DNA of 60,075 nucleotides, counting the filler, from Sphacelaria rigidula (lineage: Eukaryota): the NCBI GenBank assembly GCA_964200075.2. It is 10 parts of 10 records of this genome, joined end to end, with 100 filler letters (N's around TTAATTAATTAA, not from the genome) between each part and the next. Parts side by side here need not be neighbours in the genome. Positions count along the whole stretch, not along the records: positions 48,143 to 54,059 come from CAXNAA020023506.1; positions 54,160 to 60,075 come from CAXNAA020023507.1; 8 more parts are not named here. One strand, 5' to 3'. Below, one piece after another: positions 48,431 through 60,075 of this stretch. How positions within the stretch are numbered: the stretch's first letter is position 1; each line of letters opens with the position of its first letter. The notes beneath the pieces were generated by a model. That model had not been told where the DNA came from. It saw only the letters and a program-made list of their open reading frames with translations, and searched no databases. Made by a program: the position numbers and the translations under genes.

Positions 48431-49123
48431 GAGCTACATCATTTTGATTTTTTGTAGATTTGAATGTTTCTTACCGTTCAACAAATATTCTTGTTTGGCC
48501 AAAATGAAAACTACGGCCACCGGAAAACGGAAAGATGTCCTGGAACCGCCTCACCTAGCAGAGCAAGTCATTCCAAGGTGTCAAAATCTGCCTAGCTCTC
48601 TTTCGGGGCGTGAAACGACGTGAAATCTCCAAAAAGGCACTTTTCCAGATTTTTTTTTCGTCTGTTATAAGGAGCGGCCTCAGGGGTTGGAGCGAAATCA
48701 ATAGTTAAAAAAAAAATGGTGTATTTATCACGTGTGTATACTTTTTTGGGGTCGACATCGTGCGCCTTATCACGCAAACCAAACGCCTTCCCCCCACCCA
48801 CCCCCTACCCCCACTCCGCATCCTCATCCTGATGAACGGGCCCGTTTCATACCTTCGATAGGAAGGAACATACTGTACAAAGGTTGCTCACCATGCTGGG
48901 GGTGAGACGGCTCGCTTTTGTGTAAAATGGATGAAAACGAAGAAAGGAAAAAGCAAAAAGAAAAGAGAAAAGAAAAAGGAGAAAAAAAGGAAGAAGAGAG
49001 AAGACAAGAAGAAAAATGAAGAAAGAAGGAAAAAAAAAGCGGAAACTTCGCGAACACCAGATCGCTTCGTTCAGCAGCGGAACAAAAACGTAACAAATGA
49101 GGAAAAATAAATAAATTATGTAC

Positions 49124-49273
49124 CTGATGAGCAAAGAATAGGCCGGGGTGGTCGCTAGCCTCTGCCGTTGGCCGCTCATCTTTTTTACCGGTCCACTTGA
49201 ACAGGAACACAAGGCCATAGATGGGCGCTAAGTGCGCGAATGTATCTCGATCCAGGCTATATAATTCTTCCAC
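49124..49273 (-). CDS. UCHL5: Internal exon of a ubiquitin C-terminal hydrolase (peptidase C12, UCH37/UCHL5-like)
   Basis: [57 protein letters not shown], 150 nt, phase 0. It matches the VEE.YSL...GL.FLFKW...FFA.Q segment just before the catalytic Cys. Confidence 0.88.
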
Positions 49274-50989
49274 CTGTCACGCCCGCGTCCATGCCCCCCC
49301 CCCCCAACACACACAAAGCGAAATTGAAATAAACATCAGAAGAAAAAAAACGCACGCAAGGGTCAGACAAATCATCGCTGCTTCAAATCACCAAATCTAG
49401 CATCTTTGAGGCCTAATATCTCGAAAGAGAAGAAGAAAAAAAAACGGAGAGAGAGGGAGAAACAAGTTGACTGCGGGTCAAAACATTCTCAAGACAAATT
49501 TTGCGACATTCCACTTGCCGGGGGTGCAACGCTGAACAACAAAGCCCGAGAATTGGCTGATTCGTGCGGTACGAATCGATTTTACACCAACACCATTTTC
49601 CCGACGAATCATATTCATTCGACCCCCTCGGCATATTTGAGCCCTTGCTTCGAGGAAGTCGAATCAAGACTTGACGGGAAAGAGAGAGTTCAAACAAGCG
49701 CATGAAACGGGCTCCCAGCATGCGAAGGTGTCAAGGTACAGACTGTGCTGTACAGAATACCTTTTTTTATCCACAAAAATCAGCGCCGCATCCCGAACCG
49801 TTTTTCGTCTTCTCTCGTCTTTACCCTCATGCGGCAGTGAAAGAGGACGCAAGCGTGTTCTAACCGACAGTCGTTTGGTTTCCTTTAGTCACCACAAATT
49901 CTTCATATTGAAATACTTTGCTTTTTCGCCTGTGCCAGAGCAAAAAAATGATGGATGTTGAAATTACTTACAAAATTAGATCAACGTTGACAAAAATAGA
50001 AAAGCCAGCTCCTTTTCCCGAAGCTGGAGCAAGACGATGACATAACCGGTCACGTTCGGGTACCAAAGTACAGTTCTGGGACGATTTCAGGTACAAAGAG
50101 CTTGAGTAGCGTAGCATTCCAATTTGCCCCAGACACGGCCATCTGAGAGTGGTCCTACGGTAGGGATGCACAATATTTCTCTGAGGCTCTGCACTGTCGA
50201 GCCCTTCTACGATAGCCCCCGCCCCCAACACCAGCCCAAAACTGTCACGAAGAAATGGTCATACAGCGCCTGATGTTCGGCAGCAGGCTACATGGAGCGC
50301 CGCATATGGGCAACATTGGTAAAAACGACGCGGACCGTGGGCATTCCCAGCTGCTCGTTGTGCTCGGCGCTTGTCACTTCGATCAACGTGTAGATTTTGC
50401 CTCCCCAAACCAGTCACATGTTGAGGGAGGAGCTATCGTAGAAAGTGTATGTCGGAGCCTCGCGGGGGCAAAAACATCTGGGCCTAGAGTGCAGCATCAG
50501 AAAACTTTTGGACTGAAAAGTGCACCCCCTACCGTAGACTCCCTCCTGATTGGCATACACGACCGGACATCCGCAGTAGGCTGCCTTCCCCAGCCTGTAC
50601 CTGAACCTCGATAACTACTCGAAAATGTCGAACGGGAACCACATCAAATCGAACTGCAGGCACCGGCGAGCAGGTTACAGTCGCATACCTGCTCGGTGAG
50701 GAGCGAGCGCCGCATATCTTATCGAAAAAAAAGAAGAAAGGATCTAACTCTCCCCCTCTTCACTCCTACTCGAAACTGGACGCCCCTTGTGCTACAGGTG
50801 GGGCGTGGAAAAATAAAGCAGGAAGAGCTTCACCTCGGCGAGTTGAACTGCCCGTTTTCTACACAAAAAATTGGAGCATGACACTGTTGTCAAGGGACTC
50901 CCAGATGGTGCACTGTACCGTACTGATTACTGACTCATCACAAGCTGGCTGTCGCGGTTTCGAATCCCGGCACATTGTTGTTATTGTTT

Positions 50990-51070
50990 TCATGATCCAT
51001 TGTTGTCATGATCCATTTTTGTCATGATCCATTTTTGTCATGATCCATTGTTGTTGTTGTTGTTGTTGTC
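50990..51070. repeat. 17-bp minisatellite (TCATGATCCATT.TT.. x4) running into (GTT)n
   Basis: Directly visible. Confidence 0.85.
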
Positions 51071-51750
51071 TTCACATTAAAAACCGTTCCGATATCTGCG
51101 CAGTACTCCGTACTGGACATCTGATGCGGACGCCTTCCGTGGTAACGGGCTAACTACCCCAAGCGAGGGTAAAATAAAAAATAAAAAAAGCTGACCCAGA
51201 AAAAATTCACACAGATGCGATACAAAAGAAAGAATAACATAAAATAAAAAAATGCGGTCCATTTTCTGAGAAACTGGCTTCAGTCGTTGGAAACCCGAGG
51301 TGGCGAATGACAGAAAAACAAAACTGACTGATGAGCTCGGCTCGACGCGGCGCGGGCTTGCTGAACCAATCCGCGATACGAAAATACAAGGCATGTGAAG
51401 TACATACCGGGGGATAGGTGGGTGTTCCCATTTTGCTTTTTTTTTTCAACATCATCTCGGGTATGTCTAACGTGTGACGCCGGCTGGGTTCCTATTAATA
51501 CGGGATCAATTAGTTTGCGACAATCAAATCAGATGTGTTGGTCGTTTGATCTTTTTGACACGATGGAGACTGTTCCCGAGAAAAGGGGGACGGGATTCAA
51601 GGCTCTCGAGAATATATATATAATATATATATATATGCATAGCTAGATTTTCTAAAGATCATGACCGCATGAATACTATATTCGTTTGTCACGTTTGGTT
51701 ACTGACAAAGCACGAGGATGCTCGTCACTCGATTCTCAGTCACCAAAGTC

Positions 51751-51845
51751 CCTGCCCCCCCCCTGCTCCGTCTTGAAAGGGATGCGTGGTCAATGGCCAA
51801 ACGACTAAGGCAAGCGACAAATGAGTACGCCCCCCCCCTCTCTCC
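51751..51845 (+). mobile_element. Short LINE 3'-end fragment between C-runs
   Basis: C-run, then GCTCCGTCTTGAAAGGGATGCGTGGTCAATGGCCAAACGACTAAGGCAAGCGACAAATGAGTACG, then C-run. Confidence 0.75.
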
Positions 51846-52489
51846 CCCTTGCCTTTTTTGGGCCGATATTGATGTTCCCTCGGATGTTTTCCGATATCTA
51901 TTTACACCCCATAAAAACGGTACACGACAGTTTAAAGGAAGTTCACACCATACACGGCTTGAGAGAAAAAAAAACAGTGGATACCGCTGTTCTAGAGAAC
52001 TTGAGCACAAGCACCGCTTCCACGGACGCTAGTACTCGTCGTGCGTCTGTAACCCGACATGCGACGGAGAGTGTTATCTCAAAAGCGTTGGTGCTACCGC
52101 CTGCATCCCCGCACGGCCGTCTTCATTCTTCGAGTCATGCCACGGTAGGGGTTTATTGCACATTCGGGCCCGCATGTTTCTCATTGAGGGGCACCTAAAG
52201 TTAGGAGCTGCACAAGGATACGGGTCGGGGCATTCCCGTTTTCAGTGTCTCTCGAGATATCCCCAGCCCATGGAAATGCTAATCGTGGCGTGCTGAGACA
52301 TACATAATAAGTCGTTTTTTGGATGAGATGAAGGGCTCTTGACAGTTCACACCTGAGATTTCTTGTGCGCCCTTTCCGTGGCACCACTCCTCTGTGGAAA
52401 ATAACACAATACATCTGCGATATGACGGATAATACCAGGGTAACATGCAGATTACCGTCGCCCGTTCCCCCCCCCCCCTCACGGGGTGT

Positions 52490-52680
52490 GTGGTGAGACA
52501 TCCATGAGGCAGTGTGGAGCCCGTGGCTGTCTCTGGAAGTGGCGATACCGGAAAGTGAAGCAACTTATTGGAGGTTGTCATCCGTATGGAAGATAATCAG
52601 TACACTCCGGGCCGAACAATCACAGCACGATGCAGCTCACCCGTCATGCGACCCGCCGGACACATCACGGCGCTTAGCGC
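52490..52680 (+). repeat. Dispersed repeat (also 53865-54055 and reverse at 6020-6075)
   Basis: GGTGAGACA.CCATGAGGCAGTG...GGCTGTCTCTGGA.GTGGCGATACC shared. Confidence 0.75.
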
Positions 52681-52871
52681 TTGATGGGTGATTGATTGCG
52701 ACTCTGGTCTTGCGAAACCCGGCGTACTCCGTCCCGGCTTTGTAGGGATGCAAGGTCAATGGCCACATGACTGCGGCATGCGAGGTCATGAGTACACACC
52801 CTCCCGGGGTGTTCGGACTCTGGACTAATCCTTGAATTCCCCACCACCCCCCGGTCGTCCATACAAAAATG

Positions 52872-53123
52872 GACTAATGCCGAGATAGCCCCCCCCAACA
52901 AATTGCACCGGAGACCGTCCGACACACCGGCTACGATCCCACTATTGGACTCGTTTGCAGCAATTTCGCCCACAGCATGAGAGGCGTGTAGCTGTCCGAA
53001 ATCAGCTATAACGCTCAAATGAGTCGCGTCGTGCAGCACGGAACCAGCTCTGACGGCATTTATGATCATCGCTTCCGTGCACTTTTTGGGCCGGTTCGAG
53101 GGGGGGCTATCTCGGCAGCAGTC
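52872..53123. mobile_element. MITE with 4-bp TSD (AATG), sister of 2149-2401
   Basis: AATG|GACTAATGCCGAGATAGCCCCCC...GGGGGGCTATCTCGGCAGCAGTC|AATG. Confidence 0.8.
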
Positions 53124-54159
53124 AATGACACATAAAACTGAAACCGACTTGCGCGGGAAAATGGAGATTCGAATCCGGGAAAAGACTTTCAACTTTCCTG
53201 ACAAGATCGAAAGGAAAAAAAAAAACTGGACACGGAAGAGGGCCAACTCTTCAGCAGAAGCACGTGGATACCATTTAGCCGTGGACTTTTTGAAAATGGC
53301 GCGAAAAATTGAGCAAACGGTAAAATCGTTCCGAGAAATGTAGCAAATATGGCGAGACTCCGACCAGGAAATCTCGCGTCTTTTGGTAGGTAGCTATAGG
53401 ATATACGGCTCAACCCCTCTCGTACATACGACAAAATAACCTTTCACAGCTGTTACGTAGGCTGCGAAGCGTGCTCCGCGCTTGACGCGACTTGGTGCTG
53501 CATGTAGCTCCACACTCATATTTGAAACAACGCGATGAATAATACGGGACGCACAATAGACGAATAATAATGTGCTTGGCTTAGCCCCCCCCCTCCCCCC
53601 CGAATCAGCCTGGTCCGGCGAGAACCCGGCGTGCTCCGCCCCGGCTTTGTAGGGACGGACCCCCGATGGGGTCGACGTCGGTTGGCGATGACGCTATAAA
53701 ACACGCCATTCACTGCGTAAGCTAGACGACCAGGTTACCGATTTTATTGCGCACGTACGTTTTTGTTGCGGTAAGCATGATGCTAGTCCAGCTACATCAT
53801 CTTGTGTGCAGTGGGAGAACCTCAACTCCGCACAACAGGGATGATCGTACAACGTACTGTTTAAATGGTGAGACACCCATGAGGCAGTGCATAAGCCGCG
53901 GCTGTCTCTGGAGTGGCGATACCAGAAAATAAAGCAACTCATTGGAGGCTGTCATAAAAATGCAAGACAATCGATGCGCTTCGGGCCGAACAATCTTTGC
54001 AGGATGCAGCTCACCCTTTATGCGACTCGCCGAGCACACCACGGCGCTTCGCGCTGGGTNNNNNNNNNNNNNNNNNNNNNNNNNNNNNNNNNNNNNNNNN
54101 NNNTTAATTAATTAANNNNNNNNNNNNNNNNNNNNNNNNNNNNNNNNNNNNNNNNNNNN

Positions 54160-54241
54160 CCCCCCCCCCCCAGTCTCGAAGCTCCGTCTGGAAAGGGATG
54201 CATGTTCAATGGTCAAACGACTAAGGCAAGCAAAAATGAGT
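54160..54241 (+). mobile_element. Short LINE 3'-end fragment
   Basis: GCTCCGTCTGGAAAGGGATGCATGTTCAATGGTCAAACGACTAAGGCAAGCAAAAATGAGT. Confidence 0.7.
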
Positions 54242-54358
54242 CAACGAGGACGTTCCCCCCCTGCCCCGCCCCGCCCCGCCCTCCTCCCTCTTCCCTCGTC
54301 CCCTCCTTTTAATCCTTTCCGTGACCTTCCGACCCCCCTGATGTTTAATACGTGTCAG

Positions 54359-57300
54359 GTTTGCACCGACGGCGATGATTTCGTGTCGCTGCACGGCTGC
54401 TTGATGCTTGTTGCGTGGATGATCCTCGCGCCGATTGGGATATACTACGTTAGGTGTGCATGTGTGTGTGCTTGGGTATCTTGCTTTCGTTATGCTCCAC
54501 TGTCCGGGAGAGAAGATACACATCCGTATTTGTACTAGTTTCTTATTTATTCATAGCGTAGTGTCGCTCCGTTGTATACTGCAATCAAATGGGTGGTGTC
54601 CGGTTTTTCCATACTATATCGAAGTCACCAATGATCCTTTTCAGAACCGTATTTTCATCTCCCACGGTTGGGTTCGTTCCAGCTAATGTCCCAAATATGA
54701 GGCGCTTCATGCAGCCTGAACCCAAACATCAGGCGCATCATGACATCTTTTCTCGTGACCCTTTTGGGCTGGTTTGGGGGGGGGGGGCTATCCTCACCAC
54801 CACTACCGACCACCCTGGGGGTGACTGTACATATGTAAACATACCCAAACTAAAACTAAGGCTACCGATGGAACTAATGCGCGTAGATTAGCAAGCTGGG
54901 GGGACCAAGGCGCGTTCACACAACCCAACACGATCAGAGGTGAACCTCAGTAACTTGATGCCCCTGCGAACCCCAAACACACAGCTCGGGCCGTAGCTGG
55001 TCATGACCCGAGCACGTTCTGCTTGGCCTTGCTCAAATCTCTTCAGATTTCAAAGAGAAACGATCGCGGCACACTCGCGCGAGTTGTCAGCACCGACATG
55101 TGTTTCCCAACATACAGAACAAATTTCCGTCAAACGAAGGCTGCCGCGTGTATATTATAGCAAGGTGTACCGCCAATGTGCGTAGATTAGAAAGAATATG
55201 CAACCTAGTGCATCTATCTGTGCGCGTTTTCTCGGGGCTCGGTGTCTTCTGCGGCCTACACACGTTTTTTGGTCATGGCTGTCTTCTGTGCATAACATCA
55301 ACGAAACTAAATGCGGAACAACTAAACAGCAGCAAGCATACTCATCATGTGCAGTATAAATTCGAGGTGATAGAAGAGCGAACAGTTCACGGCCCGCGTG
55401 ACTGGTACGTGTCTGTGCGTGTTTTTGCGGTCCTCTGTGTGTACGTATTCGCTTGTGTCGCATCTGCTGTTGCGATAAACACGTTTCAGTCACCTCCAAA
55501 AAGCTAATGAACTAAATGCTGAGCAACACGTTGAAATATAAATGAAGATAGTCGCGGAGCAACTGTGCTCCGCCATAGACCATCACGTGCAGTTTATGAC
55601 CCGCTACAGAACAAACGGCGGAGCAACTATCCACGGACATAAAACGGTCAGCTGCGACACGTTCTCTCTAGACTGCTTTGTGTGCATTAGCAAGGGCTGC
55701 CGCTCGAACTAATGGGCATGAATGGTACGTGACTGTGCCTGTTGTTCTCGCGGCTCCATCTCTACGTGTGAAAGTGAGGACAAAATTAACTAACTAGTTA
55801 TGCTCATGTTTTCCTACTCATCATGGAACAATAACTCATGCAAAGAGGATCTTTTCCAGCGGACGAGGTATGCACGTTTGGTTTCGGGAAAATCATACAT
55901 GGGTTCCCAAAAAATCATGTGCGCTCACGGCGCACCATTGAAAATCATGCGCGCCCTAGGATATTGGCGAAAATACTTGCGGCTGGTCAGCGCCGCATTA
56001 CCACGCAGACCGTGGCGACTTGAGCTACACTTTCACAATTTTAATCGAAGCCAGCACGACGAACGCAGGGTGCAGTGGTACAGTACGACAGTAAAATGAT
56101 GTACTGTCTCTCATCTCTCACTTCTCATCGCTTGGCTAACTTCCTGTTGTCTCAGTGACTTCCCATTGCCAGCTCGAAAGTATAACATTGTTCTGTGTTG
56201 GTCGTTTCAAACCTGAACATTCTGTGCTCGCTCACTTCCCGTCCATGTATAGTGCGCGCCGACACATCATCAAGGGAAACGAGCTACCGCTTTGTGTACC
56301 CAACGGCACAGCGAACCCGAGGTAGAAAGTGTGGCGTGTACCGCGATAGACAACATCATGGCGACGGTATTTTTCTCTTATGCCTGTTGGTTATATCGAG
56401 TCTACCGATACCGCCATGTTCGCCGCGCCGTCTCTTTAACATTCATCCTCTGTTTGGAAGAGCATGGACCGCGTGTCACCCACGGGGTAAGTTCTGTTGT
56501 TTTGGCAAAAAATCACTTGAAAAATATGGACAAGGCCCAGGGGAACCACCCTGGCGATCAAAGGGATACATTTTGGAGCTGGCGGGAGAAAGGGGTCACG
56601 TTCTCCGGAGGTTTGGGGAATCTGATGCTTTGGTGAAACCCATAGACAAAGGGAAGGAACACATCGGGGAATGGGGGAAAAGAAGACACTGCACTGTACT
56701 GTACAGCATTGTACTGTCCTGCGTGTTTTTGTGGGGCTTGCGTCTACCTACATTGTTCCGTGTGTACCGTTCTGTCTGTTCGATATCACTCATTTTGCTG
56801 AAGAGATGGCACGGCGAACATGGCGCTGCCGATAGACTTGGCACAATTACACACGCTGGACAATACAATTTGTAATATATATTGCCCGCTCAATATATCG
56901 AGGCGTGGGGTGGTCAATATATATTGGGCGAGCGATATGATGGCGAGAGAGGGTCAATATATATTGTGCCATCAATATGTCAAGTCTCGCGACATGCAAT
57001 ATATATCAACCGAACAATATATCACGACACGCGCCACCTCAAAATATATTGGCCGAGTAATATATTGGTGCGGTAAGGCACCAATATATATTTGTCGAGT
57101 AATATATTGGCTGCCACACGAGATCAATATATTGATGATTCGATATACTCAACACCCAAAGCGCCAATATATATTGCCGCCCCAATATATCGTGCGTCAA
57201 AGCGTCCAATATATATTGGACGGGCAATACACGAGGGAACCGACGGTCACAATACATATTGGTGTAGAAATATATGTTGATTTTCAACACGTGGATTGGA

Positions 57301-60032
57301 AAGTGTGTGGGAAATAGTATGATGTGCACTTCTATGTTCGCGGGCGCCATTGAAAGATGTGTTGCCACATGCCGAAAACGCTCAATATATTCCTCCGTGA
57401 GCGTGTTTAATATATATTGGCTGCACAGTAGCTATGCGATGAGCGTGCGAATCATCTAGTGGAAGAACAATACTGTTTCATGGTTTGCGCTCGATATATA
57501 TCACGGCAACAATATGTTCCGCATCACTTCGACTCGATATATATTGAAACTTCAATACACACACAGCCGGTATGCACAATATATATTGAATGTTTTGTTC
57601 TCGGAGAAAATGCATGTCCAATATAGATTGTCATGCATTACTTCACGATCATGACACGAGAAATATATGCTGCTGCTTCAATATCTCCGAGGACATCTCA
57701 ACACAATATATATTGGAAGGACGACATTTGCGCCGTCTCCAATACGAAGTATTCGTATCATATTGAAACATATTGTATTGTCCAGGGTATAAGCGACACA
57801 GAACCGGTGACCACAGGGGCACCAAAAGACGCATATCGACCCGTTCTTTCTGTCGTTATGATGTTTACCGATGATATATCTTATGCTGTGAAGGGGATGG
57901 GCGGCCCCGTACCGGTGGCCAGATAGGTATCAGAAGGCATATATACCGGGTCGCCTCTTCTGCCACCATATTTTCGGACCAGTATATATCTATATCTATA
58001 TCTATATATATATCAAACGAATTCGACAACTCTTCGTAGCAATGCACGCGAACTTCTGCCACTCCCTTCGCAGCGTTTCCCAATCTGCAGGGGCTCCGGC
58101 ATCCACCGTGTCTGGATATTTTCTTCAAGTGTACACCATACTTATAATATCCGATATATATTGACCGGCCAGTACATTGGCACCCACGTAGACCCGATAT
58201 ACATATATATATATATATATTGATCGGTCAACATGTTCTTACCAATGAGACCCTAATATATATTGGTCGCGCAATATGCCGTCACCCACGCTGCCCCAAT
58301 ATGTATATTCCTTCAACAAAAGAAGGCACAGCAGGGTTGAACTAAAGCGAAGAAAAAGAAGAAAACTCGTGTGTTGGCGTTCCTTCTGTGTGATCCCGGC
58401 TGGTGCGCCCACATATACCGACAGGTGTAGACCGGCGTCCAGAATAAATGAGACATCACATAATGGGCGCTGTGCTCCCAGCTTGCACAGTACACACTGT
58501 TGTCTAAATAAGGCCTTGCAACGCACAATTCGCCTAGCTACTACCTTGCACCGATTGACGAAGAGCGATAGAACCTGCCGGCAAAGTAGAATCAGTTCCA
58601 CAGGCCATCTGTGCAGAACCGCCGGTCCGAGCAGCACCATTTTTTTATCCACCCGTACATAAGCCAGCAGATAGCTCACGCCACGGCACGCACACTCCCA
58701 ACGCCACAGCTCACACGCAAACATGCACGGACGAACCAACGTAAACGACAACAGGCAAGGGATCATGCAGCGGAGAGACAAAGCCCATCGCTCCGGCTCG
58801 ACAAGCGCACGTAAGAAAAATATCGACCTAGATATCCTCCTTGAAGGTTTCAATTTAAAGACCGAACGACTCTTGATATTAATTCCACCCACTACAAGGC
58901 CGGAGCGTGTTCGCTGTTTTTTGCGTTGTGTGCTTCGAACCCGAATGCACCCACCGGATTATAGCCTTTCCCAGGGCGCGTCCCGTGCTCAGCGAAAACA
59001 AACAGAGAATGACCTGTTTCTGCTAGTTTTGAGGGTAAGCTTGAGAGGCGCTTGAAAGAAAGTTTCAACCCCATAATGTGTCATTGGTGTGGAAGTGTAT
59101 GTGGCGTCTGATTGGGGCACGCGTCACCTTAGCGCACTATTTTTCCATCTCAAGAATGTAGTCTACAATCAAGTGTATGCGAAGAAACGGAGAAAGGTGG
59201 GCAACTTACAGTAACATGTCGTCAAACAGCCTGGACACGTTTCGTTGGCTAACACCCCTCCCCCCCCCCCCAAGTTTAGCACCCTTGACGATCTTGTTAG
59301 CCGTGGGGCTGAAAGCCCTCATTTGCTCACACTTGTATACTGGTGAATTATGGTTGCCGTCAGGGTCGTTTTCGCAATTTTTTTCAAAACAACCACGCGT
59401 GCGAGACCCGTGGCGTCGGTGCCTATGGCGCTGGTGCCACGTGCGTCAGCCGTGGCTTACCACTAGTATTACCGTAGTATCATTGTCATGATGGTATAGG
59501 CACTATCAACTCAAAATTTCCGAAATGATCCATTTTCGTGACAGTGATTTCGAGCGCGATGAGAATGTGGCATCAACTCACAATCAATCAGTTACACCGA
59601 AAAAAAGCAAAAATGTTAAAGCGCCAGAATCACCATCACTCTCACACCGCGTTCTCACTTCTCTGACCTCGGTAAAACGGACCCTTAACGACCACAAGAG
59701 AACGACGGGAAACAACACCTGAACTATTCTAGATACTGGACTACTAAAATCGTTATTGCTATTATTATTTCCATCACTAATTTTTATCCCTTTTGTTTTT
59801 GTTGTTTGCTGCTGCTGCCGGTTGATCGCTATTACATGTGGTCCGTCAATGTGGGGTAATCAATCAATCAATCATCAATGTGCAGGTACCGGAAAGGTGA
59901 GGAGGTGCCCTTCGGATTGCAATGGTACGAGATGCACCAGGAGATCATGATCCTGGCTGCAGAGGCCATCTTACCCATGGGAATCACGGCAATCTTCGCC
60001 CTCGATGCGGACCATCGCCAAGAGCATGCCAA
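54359..60032 (+). CDS. Cytochrome b561-domain membrane protein (CYBDOM-like), two internal exons 54359-54453 and 59886-60032
   Basis: Spliced in phase 2: VCTDGDDFVSLHGCLMLVAWMILAPIGIYYVR|YRKGEEVPFGLQWYEMHQEIMILAAEAILPMGITAIFALDADHRQEHAK. This fits HG.LM..AW...RY.K...W...H...H, i.e. three of the four haem-ligand His. Intron 54454-59885 is GT-AG. Confidence 0.85.
56873..58310. repeat. ~42-bp-period array of palindrome CAATATATATTG with a companion half-site and unique spacers
   Basis: Main motif at 56873, 56915, 56955, 56997, 57042, 57082, 57125, 57165, 57207, 57250, 57408, 57492, 57535, 57577, 57619, 57661, 57704, 58152, 58195, 58254 and 58297. Confidence 0.85.
58330..58463 (+). mobile_element. 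5'-truncated copy of the tRNA-derived SINE
   Basis: CCTTCTGTGTGATCCCGGCTGGTGCGCCCACATATACCGACAGGTGTAGACCGGCGTCCAGAATA matches the reverse complement of 11599-11667. Confidence 0.8.
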
Positions 60033-60075
60033 GTAAGCGGTTACGGCACTGACAGCGTGATACGCGGCATGCCCC

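Noticed and set aside
48824..49123. Phe/Ser-rich continuation of the UCH ORF
   Set aside because: Read-through into a pyrimidine-rich intron after the CAG|GT donor.
56820..57317. 165-aa ORF with QYI/NIY repeats
   Set aside because: The motif shifts reading frame between units, so the periodicity is at DNA level, not protein level.
56873..57720. CRISPR array
   Set aside because: The repeat is only 12 bp and degenerate, spacers are short, there are no cas genes or leader, and it lies in a eukaryotic intron. Kept as an unexplained array instead.

Overview
Eukaryotic, repeat-rich DNA, most likely from a brown alga (Phaeophyceae). The evidence is an EsV-1-7 cysteine-repeat protein, a stramenopile-type H2B N-terminus ([16 protein letters not shown]) and long TE-filled GT-AG introns. 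The window is not one locus. It is ten contigs of 5919 down to 5916 bp, sorted by length and joined by an artificial 100-bp linker (N44-TTAATTAATTAA-N44), so nothing should be linked across the linkers. Supported genes: a divergent intronless H2B/H2A pair; a 9-repeat EsV-1-7 protein; the last four exons of a MUS81-like nuclease; one exon of a UCH37/UCHL5-like deubiquitinase; two exons of a cytochrome b561-domain protein separated by a 5.4-kb intron; a compact multi-exon gene of unknown function; and a zinc-finger-like ORF. The rest is nested MITEs, tRNA-derived SINEs and LINE relics. Most interesting observations: (1) a ~42-bp-period array of the palindrome CAATATATATTG with unique spacers inside the b561 intron; (2) both histone genes end in the same 6-bp stem-loop followed by a purine-rich element, resembling metazoan histone 3' processing signals, and share a mirror-symmetric promoter; (3) LINE 3' ends that sit in poly(C) tracts; (4) a mariner-like element carrying different hairpins at the same position. 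All alignments were done by eye and repeat boundaries are approximate.
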